NCBI GenBank assembly: GCA_029261055.1
Contig: JAJDCA010000068.1
Coordinates: forward strand, 69,275-133,274
Source of the DNA: Candidatus Omnitrophota bacterium
Lineage (GTDB): Bacteria > Omnitrophota > Gorgyraeia > Zapsychrales > Zapsychraceae
DNA: 64,000 nt
Reading direction: 5' to 3'
Shown here one piece after another: positions 46,006 through 54,979 of the stretch; position 1 is the stretch's first letter, and each line of letters opens with the position of its first letter. The notes below the pieces were generated by a model. It was not told the DNA's origin. It did no database searches and saw nothing but the letters and a program-made list of their open reading frames with translations. The position numbers and the translations under genes are program-made.

Positions 46006-47049
46006 TTAAAATTTAACAACACAACGCCCCGGAACATCTCCCCTCATATTCTCTATCGCATCATTAATATTTTCAAAATCACCCACATAGGAAACTAATT
46101 TTTCAAGCTGCAACTTGCCGTCATTGTGTAATTGAAAATATTCCGGTATTGCCTCATCAGGATACGTCCCTCCGCCTAGCGTTCCAATAATATTTCTCTC
46201 ATGCATGACGGCATGAGCTTCAACTTTCATTTGATGACCTTTCGGCGGAACTCCAACTATGTAACATTCCCCTGGAATAGAAGTCATCTCAGCGCCTTCT
46301 TCAAGAGCTTTAATAACACCAACGCAAACCAAAACCTTGCTGGCACCTTTTCCTCCTGTTATTTCGAGAACACGCTCTAAGGCACTTTCTTTACCCACAT
46401 TAATAGTATTCGTCGCTCCAAACTCTTTTGCCATATCAAGAGCTCTCTCATTAATATCAATGGCAATCAGCTTTTTAGGTTTCTTAGAATAAGCCGCCTG
46501 AATAGCGCATAAACCAACTCCTCCACACCCATAAATGACGACAGTATCATCTGACTTTACTTTTGCCTTGTTTAAGGCAACTCCGACACCGGTTGTGACA
46601 ACACACCCAAATAAAGCAGCCACTATAGGATCACTATCCTTAGGAATAACTGTTAAACGATTTTCAGAAACGACAGCATATTCATTAAAAGTGGTCACCC
46701 ATCCGGAATTAACTCGGGCACCATTTCTATAATACAATGGCGTCTCAGACTGAATGCCGCTTCCCTTTCTCCAATGCAAGACGACCATATCTCCAACTTT
46801 TGCTTTTGTCACCTTTGGCCCGATATCGATCACCTCAGCACTTCCTTCATGTCCCAGCAGATGAGGGATAAACGCATCCGGCGCTTTGCCGTCTATTTCA
46901 TCCGTTTGCTTGCCGCAAATACCGCTGTATTTCATTTTGACCAGGATCTGGCCGTCCATTAACGGCCCCTTAAATTCAATTTCATCAATTTCCAAAGGCT
47001 TACCAATTCCTGTAAGAATTGCCGCTTTAAAAACTACCGGATAATTCAT
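46006..47049 (-). CDS. Zinc-dependent medium-chain alcohol/polyol dehydrogenase (MDR family)
   Basis: SGICGKQTDE...LGHEGSAEV (catalytic Zn ligands) and GCGGVGL Rossmann motif. 347 aa. Confidence 0.85.
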   Translation of the reverse strand: MNYPVVFKAAILTGIGKPLEIDEIEFKGPLMDGQILVKMKYSGICGKQTDEIDGKAPDAFIPHLLGHEGSAEVIDIGPKVTKAKVGDMVVLHWRKGSGIQSETPLYYRNGARVNSGWVTTFNEYAVVSENRLTVIPKDSDPIVAALFGCVVTTGVGVALNKAKVKSDDTVVIYGCGGVGLCAIQAAYSKKPKKLIAIDINERALDMAKEFGATNTINVGKESALERVLEITGGKGASKVLVCVGVIKALEEGAEMTSIPGECYIVGVPPKGHQMKVEAHAVMHERNIIGTLGGGTYPDEAIPEYFQLHNDGKLQLEKLVSYVGDFENINDAIENMRGDVPGRCVVKF

Positions 47050-47081
47050 CTAAATTCTCTCCTTAAGTAAAATTTCTATTC

Positions 47082-47942
47082 TTATGTCAAAACAAGCCCA
47101 AAAATATTCTTTAGTTTATTAGTATTTAAGTTTTGCACTAACGGACTTGCCTTTCCTGCAACAGGTATAATTTTATCTTTCCAATCATCCTTTCCCATCT
47201 CATCGCATAAAGCGCACAGCCTATCGTAGTAATTCATTAACCTAGTCCCAACGTGATACGTACCGTAATTTGTATCATTAATAAAAATCTCAAATAAATT
47301 AAGCAGCTCCTCCAACCGTAAAAAACATCGTTCCACATTATTAAATACCGTTACTTTCTTCCCGCTTCTAAGATCAATAATTGCCTTATCTATGAAAGAG
47401 CCCCGGCCAGTTCTTGTAGAAATACTGAAATGATCTCCCAGGGAATGAACGATAGGAAGTCTCACAATATGAAATTTATCAGTTTTTTCTTTAATCATTT
47501 CTTCGCATTCATATTTAAGATGCGCATAAAGCCATAACGGATTCACACCGGTCTCTTCGTCTGGGTTCGGATCGGAGCCATCAAAAACTTTATCTGTCGA
47601 TGGAAAGATAATATGCGCGTCATCCGATAAATTATTAACAATATTTTGTGTAATCCCTATATTAGCTGCCCTTGCATTTTCAGGATTTTCTTCATTTCGC
47701 CTGGGAGATAAAAAAGCTGCGAAGTGAAATATTATAGTTGGTTTAACCTTATCGAATATCTCTTTGACTTTTTTCCCGTCTCTTAAATCTGCCTCTATAA
47801 AACCTTTACTGCTGTCACCTTCCTTTAAATGAAAAGTGACACCCGTGGAATCATAGTTTTTTAGTTTTTCAAATAAACCTCTTCCTATAAAGCCGCCCGC
47901 ACCAGTAATTAATATTCTTCCTGAATTTATTCTATTTTCCAT
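47082..47942 (-). CDS. NAD-dependent epimerase/dehydratase family protein (extended SDR)
   Basis: RILITGAGGFIGRGLFEKL; YAHLK (YxxxK). 286 aa. Confidence 0.75.
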   Translation of the reverse strand: MENRINSGRILITGAGGFIGRGLFEKLKNYDSTGVTFHLKEGDSSKGFIEADLRDGKKVKEIFDKVKPTIIFHFAAFLSPRRNEENPENARAANIGITQNIVNNLSDDAHIIFPSTDKVFDGSDPNPDEETGVNPLWLYAHLKYECEEMIKEKTDKFHIVRLPIVHSLGDHFSISTRTGRGSFIDKAIIDLRSGKKVTVFNNVERCFLRLEELLNLFEIFINDTNYGTYHVGTRLMNYYDRLCALCDEMGKDDWKDKIIPVAGKASPLVQNLNTNKLKNIFGLVLT

Positions 47943-47946
47943 ACCC

Positions 47947-48981
47947 CTAATCCATTGAAATTATAACGCGGCCCGTTTCACCGCTACGGACTGCATCCAA
48001 CGCTTCATTAATTTCGTCTAATTTAAATTCATGTGTAATCAAATCAGCGAGTTTTAATTTTCCGACATTGTATAGCTGAACATACCGTGGAATTTCAATA
48101 TGAGGGTCAGCACTGCCACCATGAGAACCGGTTAAAACTTTCTTAAAATGTAGCGGCAAAGAATAAATGGAAATATCATCACCTTTACGCGGTACGCCAA
48201 CAAGGATTGTCTTTCCGTCAGGACGGGTCATCTGATAAGCCATTTCGATGACCCGTGCATTTCCCGTTGTGTCGATTACTACATCTGCACCCTTATCTCC
48301 GACAATTTTATAAATTTCCTCTTTCCAGGAATCAGAATCCTTTGAATTAAAACAATGCGTTGCCCCAAACTTCTTTGCCGCCTCTAATTTTAAATCAAAA
48401 ACATCTACGCCGATAATCGGATGCGCAGAAACCAATTCTGCAGCTTGAACTAAATTTAAGCCAACCCCTCCGATTCCAATAATTACCACCGATTGTCCAA
48501 TTTTGACATGTGCATCATTATTGATCACACCCATGGCTGTTGTGACCGAACAACCAAATAAAGGGGCCAGCTTCATATCAAAATCATCAGGGATAGGTGT
48601 TAACCGATTTTCTGAAATAATGGCGTGATCGCTAAATGTCGTTACCCAACCGGCATTGACGGTACGACCATCCCATTGATATTTTGGTGGTTCCGATTGT
48701 AAGCCGTCACTCGGCCGCCAGTGCATAACGACATGGTCTCCCTTTTTCACTGTTTTGACTCCAGGGCCAACATTCAAAACAATTCCTGATCCTTCATGCC
48801 CTAACAAATGCGGCAAGAATTTGTCCGGACCTTTGGTTCCCATGATCTCGTTTATCTGCGCCCCACAAATACCGCTGTAAGAAATTTTCACTAAAACCTG
48901 TCCAAATTCCAAAGTTTCTGGCATTTCCAATTCAGCCAGAACTAATGGTTTATTCAACTCAACTAAAACAGCTGCTTTCAT
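47947..48981 (-). CDS. Zinc-dependent medium-chain alcohol/polyol dehydrogenase (MDR family), paralog of 46006-47049
   Basis: SGICGAQINE...LGHEGSGIV; GIGGVGL Rossmann. 344 aa. Confidence 0.85.
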   Translation of the reverse strand: MKAAVLVELNKPLVLAELEMPETLEFGQVLVKISYSGICGAQINEIMGTKGPDKFLPHLLGHEGSGIVLNVGPGVKTVKKGDHVVMHWRPSDGLQSEPPKYQWDGRTVNAGWVTTFSDHAIISENRLTPIPDDFDMKLAPLFGCSVTTAMGVINNDAHVKIGQSVVIIGIGGVGLNLVQAAELVSAHPIIGVDVFDLKLEAAKKFGATHCFNSKDSDSWKEEIYKIVGDKGADVVIDTTGNARVIEMAYQMTRPDGKTILVGVPRKGDDISIYSLPLHFKKVLTGSHGGSADPHIEIPRYVQLYNVGKLKLADLITHEFKLDEINEALDAVRSGETGRVIISMD

Positions 48982-50207
48982 TATTTTTTTCCTCTCATCT
49001 GATGATTTATAACATCGGCAATTTTCTTGGCAACAATACTATTTCCTAAATCTGCCATATGGGCAAAATCAATATAAACTGTTGTATTTTTATCTTTTGA
49101 TTGAAAAATTTTCTGAAGATCATAAAAATCTTCTTGATTCTCTTTTTCCTCTACAATTTTGTATATTTTCTGGTTAAACTCTAACCTTCCTTCCTCCATA
49201 TCCAAAAATTTAACTTCCTCTTCACTTGCAGATAAATGCGCTCCGGCCATAGGTTGCCAAAAAAAGGCAACCTTAAAGCCATATATAGTAGCTAATTTTC
49301 GAACCATGTCTATACTATTAAAATAATGGTCCGCCGTATCCTTTGGAAATGTCAAAAGCTTTTGCTCAAGACGATCCTTATCTGTCACTGGTCCTTCTTT
49401 GAATTTTTCTTCGTCGTCTAATTCGTTCCACTCATTCCATGCTCGCCATTTTCTTCTTAATTTCCTTGTAAATTCATACATGTTTATTCTTGTATCTATA
49501 TAGCCTCTAATAAATTTCTTTAAATAATCCCTATTACTTTTTATTTCAATGTCATGCTTATATCGTTCTCGTTTTGCCGAAAAATCTGCAGCCTCTCCTA
49601 CTCTACTGTTTACGAAACTGGCATGAATATCATTAACGCCATCAAAAAATATAACATAATCTGGAATTTGATTGTTTTTTATAAGCAGCAATAAGGCTAC
49701 CGCTTCCTGAAAAAAACTATAACCTTGTTGTCCGTAATTAACCACATAATATTGTTCTTCCCCATTACCCTTATTTAAGAATTTCGAAATGAAAGATGGT
49801 ATGGTATAATCATCTCTTGCTCCCATTCCCCACAAAACTGAACCGCCAAAACAATATACTGATTTCGCTTTTGATTTATCGATGTCATTAGGATTCCAGG
49901 TGTTACGAATCCCTTCAGAAGAAACATTAATATACTTCCCCTTAAAAGGCCCAGACTTCCATCCTACATATGACTCATACGTAGGGTGCCCCACGGCTAT
50001 GTGCTCTTTAAAATATTCCTCAGCCCAGTTGGTATCCTTATAAACAGAAAGATCCAGTCTTGGCTCTCGCGTCGCTTTTGGACCTGTATATCGAACATGC
50101 ATTATTATACGATTCGTAACATCAAAAATTATCATAAGAATTATTATACAAAAAACTAAATACCCGATATATTCAAATACCCCTTTTAACTTGGAAAACT
50201 TTTTCAC
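48981..50207 (-). CDS. Membrane-anchored SGNH-like protein (DltD/AlgJ/AlgX-like partner of MBOAT acyltransferase)
   Basis: N-terminal TM anchor (YIGYLVFCIIILMIIF) followed by a ~380-aa extracytoplasmic domain with SGNH-like blocks (VYCFGGSVLWG; FFDGVNDIH). Sits immediately downstream of the MBOAT gene. Confidence 0.5.
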   Translation of the reverse strand: MKKFSKLKGVFEYIGYLVFCIIILMIIFDVTNRIIMHVRYTGPKATREPRLDLSVYKDTNWAEEYFKEHIAVGHPTYESYVGWKSGPFKGKYINVSSEGIRNTWNPNDIDKSKAKSVYCFGGSVLWGMGARDDYTIPSFISKFLNKGNGEEQYYVVNYGQQGYSFFQEAVALLLLIKNNQIPDYVIFFDGVNDIHASFVNSRVGEAADFSAKRERYKHDIEIKSNRDYLKKFIRGYIDTRINMYEFTRKLRRKWRAWNEWNELDDEEKFKEGPVTDKDRLEQKLLTFPKDTADHYFNSIDMVRKLATIYGFKVAFFWQPMAGAHLSASEEEVKFLDMEEGRLEFNQKIYKIVEEKENQEDFYDLQKIFQSKDKNTTVYIDFAHMADLGNSIVAKKIADVINHQMRGKK

Positions 50208-50232
50208 GGTTTTCTCCTCTTTAGAATTAGCC

Positions 50233-51675
50233 TTAAAATTGAAAATAAATAAATGGTGTTTCTAATTTAAAACGTCCGAAAATTAAAAAACAAAATAGTG
50301 TACTATAATAAAAAAAACATTGCAGCCATAACGGTTTCTGAAATAGCCAAACCCTGACAGCTATACGTCTTTGCCCCAGATGGATAAGTTCCATAAAAAT
50401 AATAGCAACAAGTGCTACAATAATTTCATTAATTTCCAGGCCTAAATCATATGTCATGAATTGAAATTTAATATTTGTAAACAAATGTGTCAAAATATAC
50501 ATTGCATCACTTAAAGAGTTAGCCCTAAAAAATATAAGGGTAAAACACCAAAATCCAAATGTTAATCCCATTGCAGTGGTATTAAATATTAACGAAGGCA
50601 CCCTTTCTTCTAACCTCTTTATGGGTTTCTTCATCACAACCTCCAAAGATACAGCTACCCCGTGTAGCAGCCCAAATATGACAAAATTCCATGCAGCCCC
50701 ATGCCACAATCCACAAAGAAAAAAAGTTAATGTTAAAGAACAAAGCAGCCCCCATTGTCCCAAATGCCGTGTTTGTATAAGTAAGGGCGTATAAAGATAA
50801 TCATTAAGCCATGTTGACAAAGAAATGTGCCATCGCCGCCAAAAATCTGACATAGATTTTGCCATATACGGAAAATTAAAATTCTTCATAAGCCGATACC
50901 CCATAACTTCGGCTGCCCCAATAGCGATGTCTGAATAACCAGAAAAATCACAATAAACTTGAAAAGCAAAAAGAATCGTCGCAATGATTAATGGAGCCCC
51001 TGTAAAGTCGTGCGCATTATTATAAACTTGATTGACCAGCACTCCGACACGATCAGCGATAACTATCTTTTTTAAAAATCCCCAAGCCATTAAAAGCAAG
51101 CCGCTTTTAACCCTTTGATAATCGAAGCGTTGCTCCTTATAAAATTGAGGTAAAAGATGTGTGGATCGCTCAATCGGTCCGGCAACTAGCTGTGGGAAAA
51201 ACGTCACATACAAAGCAAATATTCCCAAATGTTTTTCTGGTTTCTGATTTCCTCGATAAACTTCAATGGTATAACTTAAAGTTTGAAACGTATAAAATGA
51301 TATTCCAATAGGCAAAAGAATCTCAAATGCGGGGACATTGTAAAAAATATTAAAATGATTGAAAAGAACTCTTGCCGAGTCATTGAAAAAATTAAAATAT
51401 TTAAATGCAAATAAAATTCCAAGATTAGATACTAAACTTAAAATCAAAAATTTCTTACGTTTTACTTTTTCAATTGTTTTCCCCATTTGAAAGCCGGCAT
51501 AATAGTCGATGATTGTCGAAACCATAATCAACAACACATATTCCGGCTTCCAACACATATAAAAATAATAGCTGGCACCTAATAAAAGAATCCATCGAAA
51601 CCTATGTGGTATTAAAAAATAAGCGAAAACAACACAAGGAAAAAACAAAAGAAATTGTAAAGAATTAAATAACAT
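50233..51675 (-). CDS. MBOAT family membrane-bound O-acyltransferase (AlgI/DltB-like)
   Basis: MLFNSLQFLLFFPCVVFAYFLIP... polytopic protein with the conserved MBOAT His-containing core (RRWHISLSTWLNDYLYTPL; LWHG). 480 aa. Confidence 0.9.
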   Translation of the reverse strand: MLFNSLQFLLFFPCVVFAYFLIPHRFRWILLLGASYYFYMCWKPEYVLLIMVSTIIDYYAGFQMGKTIEKVKRKKFLILSLVSNLGILFAFKYFNFFNDSARVLFNHFNIFYNVPAFEILLPIGISFYTFQTLSYTIEVYRGNQKPEKHLGIFALYVTFFPQLVAGPIERSTHLLPQFYKEQRFDYQRVKSGLLLMAWGFLKKIVIADRVGVLVNQVYNNAHDFTGAPLIIATILFAFQVYCDFSGYSDIAIGAAEVMGYRLMKNFNFPYMAKSMSDFWRRWHISLSTWLNDYLYTPLLIQTRHLGQWGLLCSLTLTFFLCGLWHGAAWNFVIFGLLHGVAVSLEVVMKKPIKRLEERVPSLIFNTTAMGLTFGFWCFTLIFFRANSLSDAMYILTHLFTNIKFQFMTYDLGLEINEIIVALVAIIFMELIHLGQRRIAVRVWLFQKPLWLQCFFYYSTLFCFLIFGRFKLETPFIYFQF

Positions 51676-51696
51676 TTTTAAATTTGATCAGATTAT

Positions 51697-52977
51697 TTAT
51701 CTAATAATAGTAGTAATTTTCTTAGCAAGCTCTTCAGAATAAATACGATTCCCTTTTTCATTAAAATGAGGATCATTAAAAAGATGCAAAAAGTCTTTAT
51801 TTTTCTTCTGAACAACAGGAGTACTATCTAAATAATGAATTTTTAGTTGTGCCGCCCAGTTTCGTAAAGTTTTCGTATTATCCTCGTGCCGTGTTGTAGA
51901 AACTTCGCAGGAATGTTCATGGCCATCATTAAAAGGAAAATTTTCTTTTAGAACATTTGAACAATATTCCTCATCCTGGCCATAAACTACACTCACACTT
52001 GGAATATACGATAATAAAATGATTGATTCAGGACTTACTTCTCTAATATCATTGACAACTTTTGAAAACTCCACAAATGTCTTAGAAAGGTCATCGGAAG
52101 TCATTTCAGTTTCCAATGGCACAGGCGGGAAAAAATGAGCCAGAACCTGACGAAACACTGTTCTGAATATTGACATAAGCTCTCCATATCGTGAAAATTT
52201 TCTCTCCGGCCATGTTAATGTATTTGAGACATCCTTTAAGTGGGCAGGAATGCCGGGCGTATATTCAGCTGTAGCGACTGTAGTAAACCCACCATGAAAA
52301 TTCAAAACCACTATTTTCGGATCATCTTTAAAATAAGTTGAATTTACATAACGCTTAAATTGCAAACCCCAATGAGGAATACCTTGTCCTCCAATACCTA
52401 AGGAATATATTTTAAACGGATCCAAAAACTCTCGAAGATACTCTGTTATAGTTACTGTTGATGATCCTGAAATAAAAGAAGACCCTAAAAGAACAACATC
52501 CATTTTTTCATTATCACTAATGTATCCGGGTAAATTCCTATAACCGAATTCATCATTGATAGAAATATAGCTTGGGTTATTACTACTTGGATTATAAAAC
52601 CAAATATTCCCATCATACATATAAACAGGTTTTTCCTTGTGCGTAAGCTTATATTTAGCTTGCGCATCTTTCGATAGTTTTTTTGTAACTATATTTTTAG
52701 GCAGCCACGGGCTGCCCCAATATAACAAATTATCCACTAATAATCCCAAAGGAAGCAACACTATTAAATTAATAATTATAATTAAACTAATCTGGCGACT
52801 AAATAAACCAACGATTACCACACACACACCAACCCCTATCATTAACCACTGAGCCGGACCAAAAAAATCTTTCGGCCCATCACTAATTCCAAGATCCGCA
52901 GCAAATACTGCAATTAGAACCAATAACACTCCGAATATAATTACACACCCTGATAATAAATATTTCTTATAAACCAC
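51697..52977 (-). CDS. Membrane-anchored SGNH-like protein (second DltD/AlgJ-like partner)
   Basis: Two N-terminal TM helices, then an extracytoplasmic domain with VVLLGSSFISGSS (block I-like) and a late DPHFN (DxxH) motif. 426 aa. Confidence 0.5.
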   Translation of the reverse strand: MVYKKYLLSGCVIIFGVLLVLIAVFAADLGISDGPKDFFGPAQWLMIGVGVCVVIVGLFSRQISLIIIINLIVLLPLGLLVDNLLYWGSPWLPKNIVTKKLSKDAQAKYKLTHKEKPVYMYDGNIWFYNPSSNNPSYISINDEFGYRNLPGYISDNEKMDVVLLGSSFISGSSTVTITEYLREFLDPFKIYSLGIGGQGIPHWGLQFKRYVNSTYFKDDPKIVVLNFHGGFTTVATAEYTPGIPAHLKDVSNTLTWPERKFSRYGELMSIFRTVFRQVLAHFFPPVPLETEMTSDDLSKTFVEFSKVVNDIREVSPESIILLSYIPSVSVVYGQDEEYCSNVLKENFPFNDGHEHSCEVSTTRHEDNTKTLRNWAAQLKIHYLDSTPVVQKKNKDFLHLFNDPHFNEKGNRIYSEELAKKITTIIR

Positions 52978-53002
52978 TACTTGTTCCTTTTTTTAGCAGC
53001 CT

Positions 53003-53722
53003 CTAAATAACATCGGCAGCTGAGTTCATTATTAAATTAATACCATTAATCTGTTGAGATGACTTTATGAGAAAACTGACGGATTCAGCGACTTCATCAG
53101 GAGTTAATAATTTCTTTAGCGGATGGTTACCAATCATGCTTTCAATTACACGCTCATCAGTATCACACGTAAAATGTGTTTTCATAAAAGAAGGTGAAAT
53201 GCAGTTGGCTGTAATATTAAAATGGGCGTTTTCTTTTGCCCAGGATTTACTTAATGAAGCTAGATAGGCCTTATTGGCCACATATTCAGACCAACCTATG
53301 GGGGGCGAATTAAGACAAGCGGAGCTAAGAATGGTTATAATTTTACCAAATTCTTTCTTCCTGAATTGGGTGATAGCTTCTTGAGTAATTTTAATTACAG
53401 GCATAATATTATTTTGAAATTTTTTTTCAAAAACATCAGCTTCCATTTTATGAAAGTGATTCTTCGTCATCCCGGTGGACGCATTATGAATTAAGCCATC
53501 CAGATCAAAATCCTTCATTTGATCAATGAGCGAATTTAGGCTATGGATATCTTCAAAGTTACATTGAATAGATTTTGTGTTAGAATTTTCTTTTTCTATT
53601 GTACGAGCCTTTTCTACAGAAGAATTATACGTAAAAAAAATTTTATTGGATTGTTCGCAAGATAATTTTCGTGTAATTTTTTCACCTAATCCCGAGGCCC
53701 CTCCGGTAATTAAAATATTCAT
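53003..53722 (-). CDS. SDR family oxidoreductase
   Basis: MNILITGGASGLGEKIT motif; YVANKAY (YxxxK). 239 aa. Confidence 0.8.
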   Translation of the reverse strand: MNILITGGASGLGEKITRKLSCEQSNKIFFTYNSSVEKARTIEKENSNTKSIQCNFEDIHSLNSLIDQMKDFDLDGLIHNASTGMTKNHFHKMEADVFEKKFQNNIMPVIKITQEAITQFRKKEFGKIITILSSACLNSPPIGWSEYVANKAYLASLSKSWAKENAHFNITANCISPSFMKTHFTCDTDERVIESMIGNHPLKKLLTPDEVAESVSFLIKSSQQINGINLIMNSAADVI

Positions 53723-53789
53723 TAGATGACTCCTATCTGGATATTTCCGTCTGCCATTTTCTGATTAACTTCATATTGATCCCCCTTAT

Positions 53790-54035
53790 TCATTCGTTGC
53801 TCTGGATCCTTTTTTTAATAGCGACACACATCTCTCCCACATTTCTAAAGCTTTGGATTTCAGCTGATGTAAATCGAATATTAAAATGTTTTTCTATTCC
53901 CACAACGATTTGAATATTATTAAGCGAATCCCAGGCTTTAATGTCATTGACCGTCGTTGAGTCTTCGAGGATAATATTCTTCTCTTCAAGAACATTAATA
54001 AATATAGTGTTGACTTGATTTAATACGTCTGTCAT
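53790..54035 (-). CDS. Acyl carrier protein
   Basis: 81 aa, acidic. IKAWDSLNNIQIV contains the DSL phosphopantetheine-attachment motif at the usual position. Confidence 0.7.
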   Translation of the reverse strand: MTDVLNQVNTIFINVLEEKNIILEDSTTVNDIKAWDSLNNIQIVVGIEKHFNIRFTSAEIQSFRNVGEMCVAIKKRIQSNE

Positions 54036-54049
54036 AAAATAGTCCCTCC

Positions 54050-54979
54050 TTAAGTATGTTTAATTTTTAAAAATGCTCCATAAAGTTCAGTTATTTTGAG
54101 TCTTTCGGCCTTTTCTTTTGGAACATCTTCTGCATAAAAGTTTATGAACTTAACTACTTCTAATCCTGCCTGATCAATCATATTTTCAATTTCTTGTATA
54201 TTATGAAATAAATAAATGTGGTCTATCGTTGGAGCATTCGTGGGGGTTGTCATGAATATATGCCCATCATCCGATAACAACTCTTTTGCTTTAGAAAGTA
54301 ATGCTGCAGGATCCTCAAGATGTTCCAGTATTTCACCCATGGTAATAAAATCATAGGTCTGATCAAGTGGAAACGTTAAAACATCTTGTACAATGTATCG
54401 AATTTTAGGCTTATTAATAAAACTCTTGGAAATTTCCACAGCTGTGGGACTAATATCAACTAAATCAAAACAGACATCATTTTCGAGAATATTAATGGCC
54501 TCTGCAATATATAAACCATGTCCTCCACCTATTTCAAGATAATTTTTAGTATTCTTATTGAATTTTGAAAAAGAATCTATAAAAAACGAAAGCATTTTGT
54601 AATGATGGCTCCATAAAAATTGAGAAAGAAGTAAACCATGCATGTAATACTCCATCACATTAGGATTGTTGTAAACTCGTTGATTAACTTCATCAAATGA
54701 TTTGCTCGAATATTCGCCTGTTCGTACAAATTGTATCTGTTCATAGTTTATATCTGCTATCATTTTGAGATAACATTCCATTCCATAATGGATGTCATTA
54801 CCTTGCTGTTTTAACAATTGAATGTATTTATTAAAGAACTTATTGGCCCTTTCCGTGTCTTGATTAGTAAAAGATTGTATATTCTTGCGAATTTTTTTTG
54901 CATGTAAGGGGTCTTTTGATTCAAGAATAGAAACAATTTGTTGAAGATAATTTTGCACTAATTCTCCTTTATATAACAA
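54050..54979 (-). CDS. Class I SAM-dependent methyltransferase
   Basis: YLEIGGGHGLYIAE (motif I), DLVDIS (post I), FITMGEILEH (motif II/III). 309 aa. Confidence 0.65.
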   Translation of the reverse strand: MLYKGELVQNYLQQIVSILESKDPLHAKKIRKNIQSFTNQDTERANKFFNKYIQLLKQQGNDIHYGMECYLKMIADINYEQIQFVRTGEYSSKSFDEVNQRVYNNPNVMEYYMHGLLLSQFLWSHHYKMLSFFIDSFSKFNKNTKNYLEIGGGHGLYIAEAINILENDVCFDLVDISPTAVEISKSFINKPKIRYIVQDVLTFPLDQTYDFITMGEILEHLEDPAALLSKAKELLSDDGHIFMTTPTNAPTIDHIYLFHNIQEIENMIDQAGLEVVKFINFYAEDVPKEKAERLKITELYGAFLKIKHT

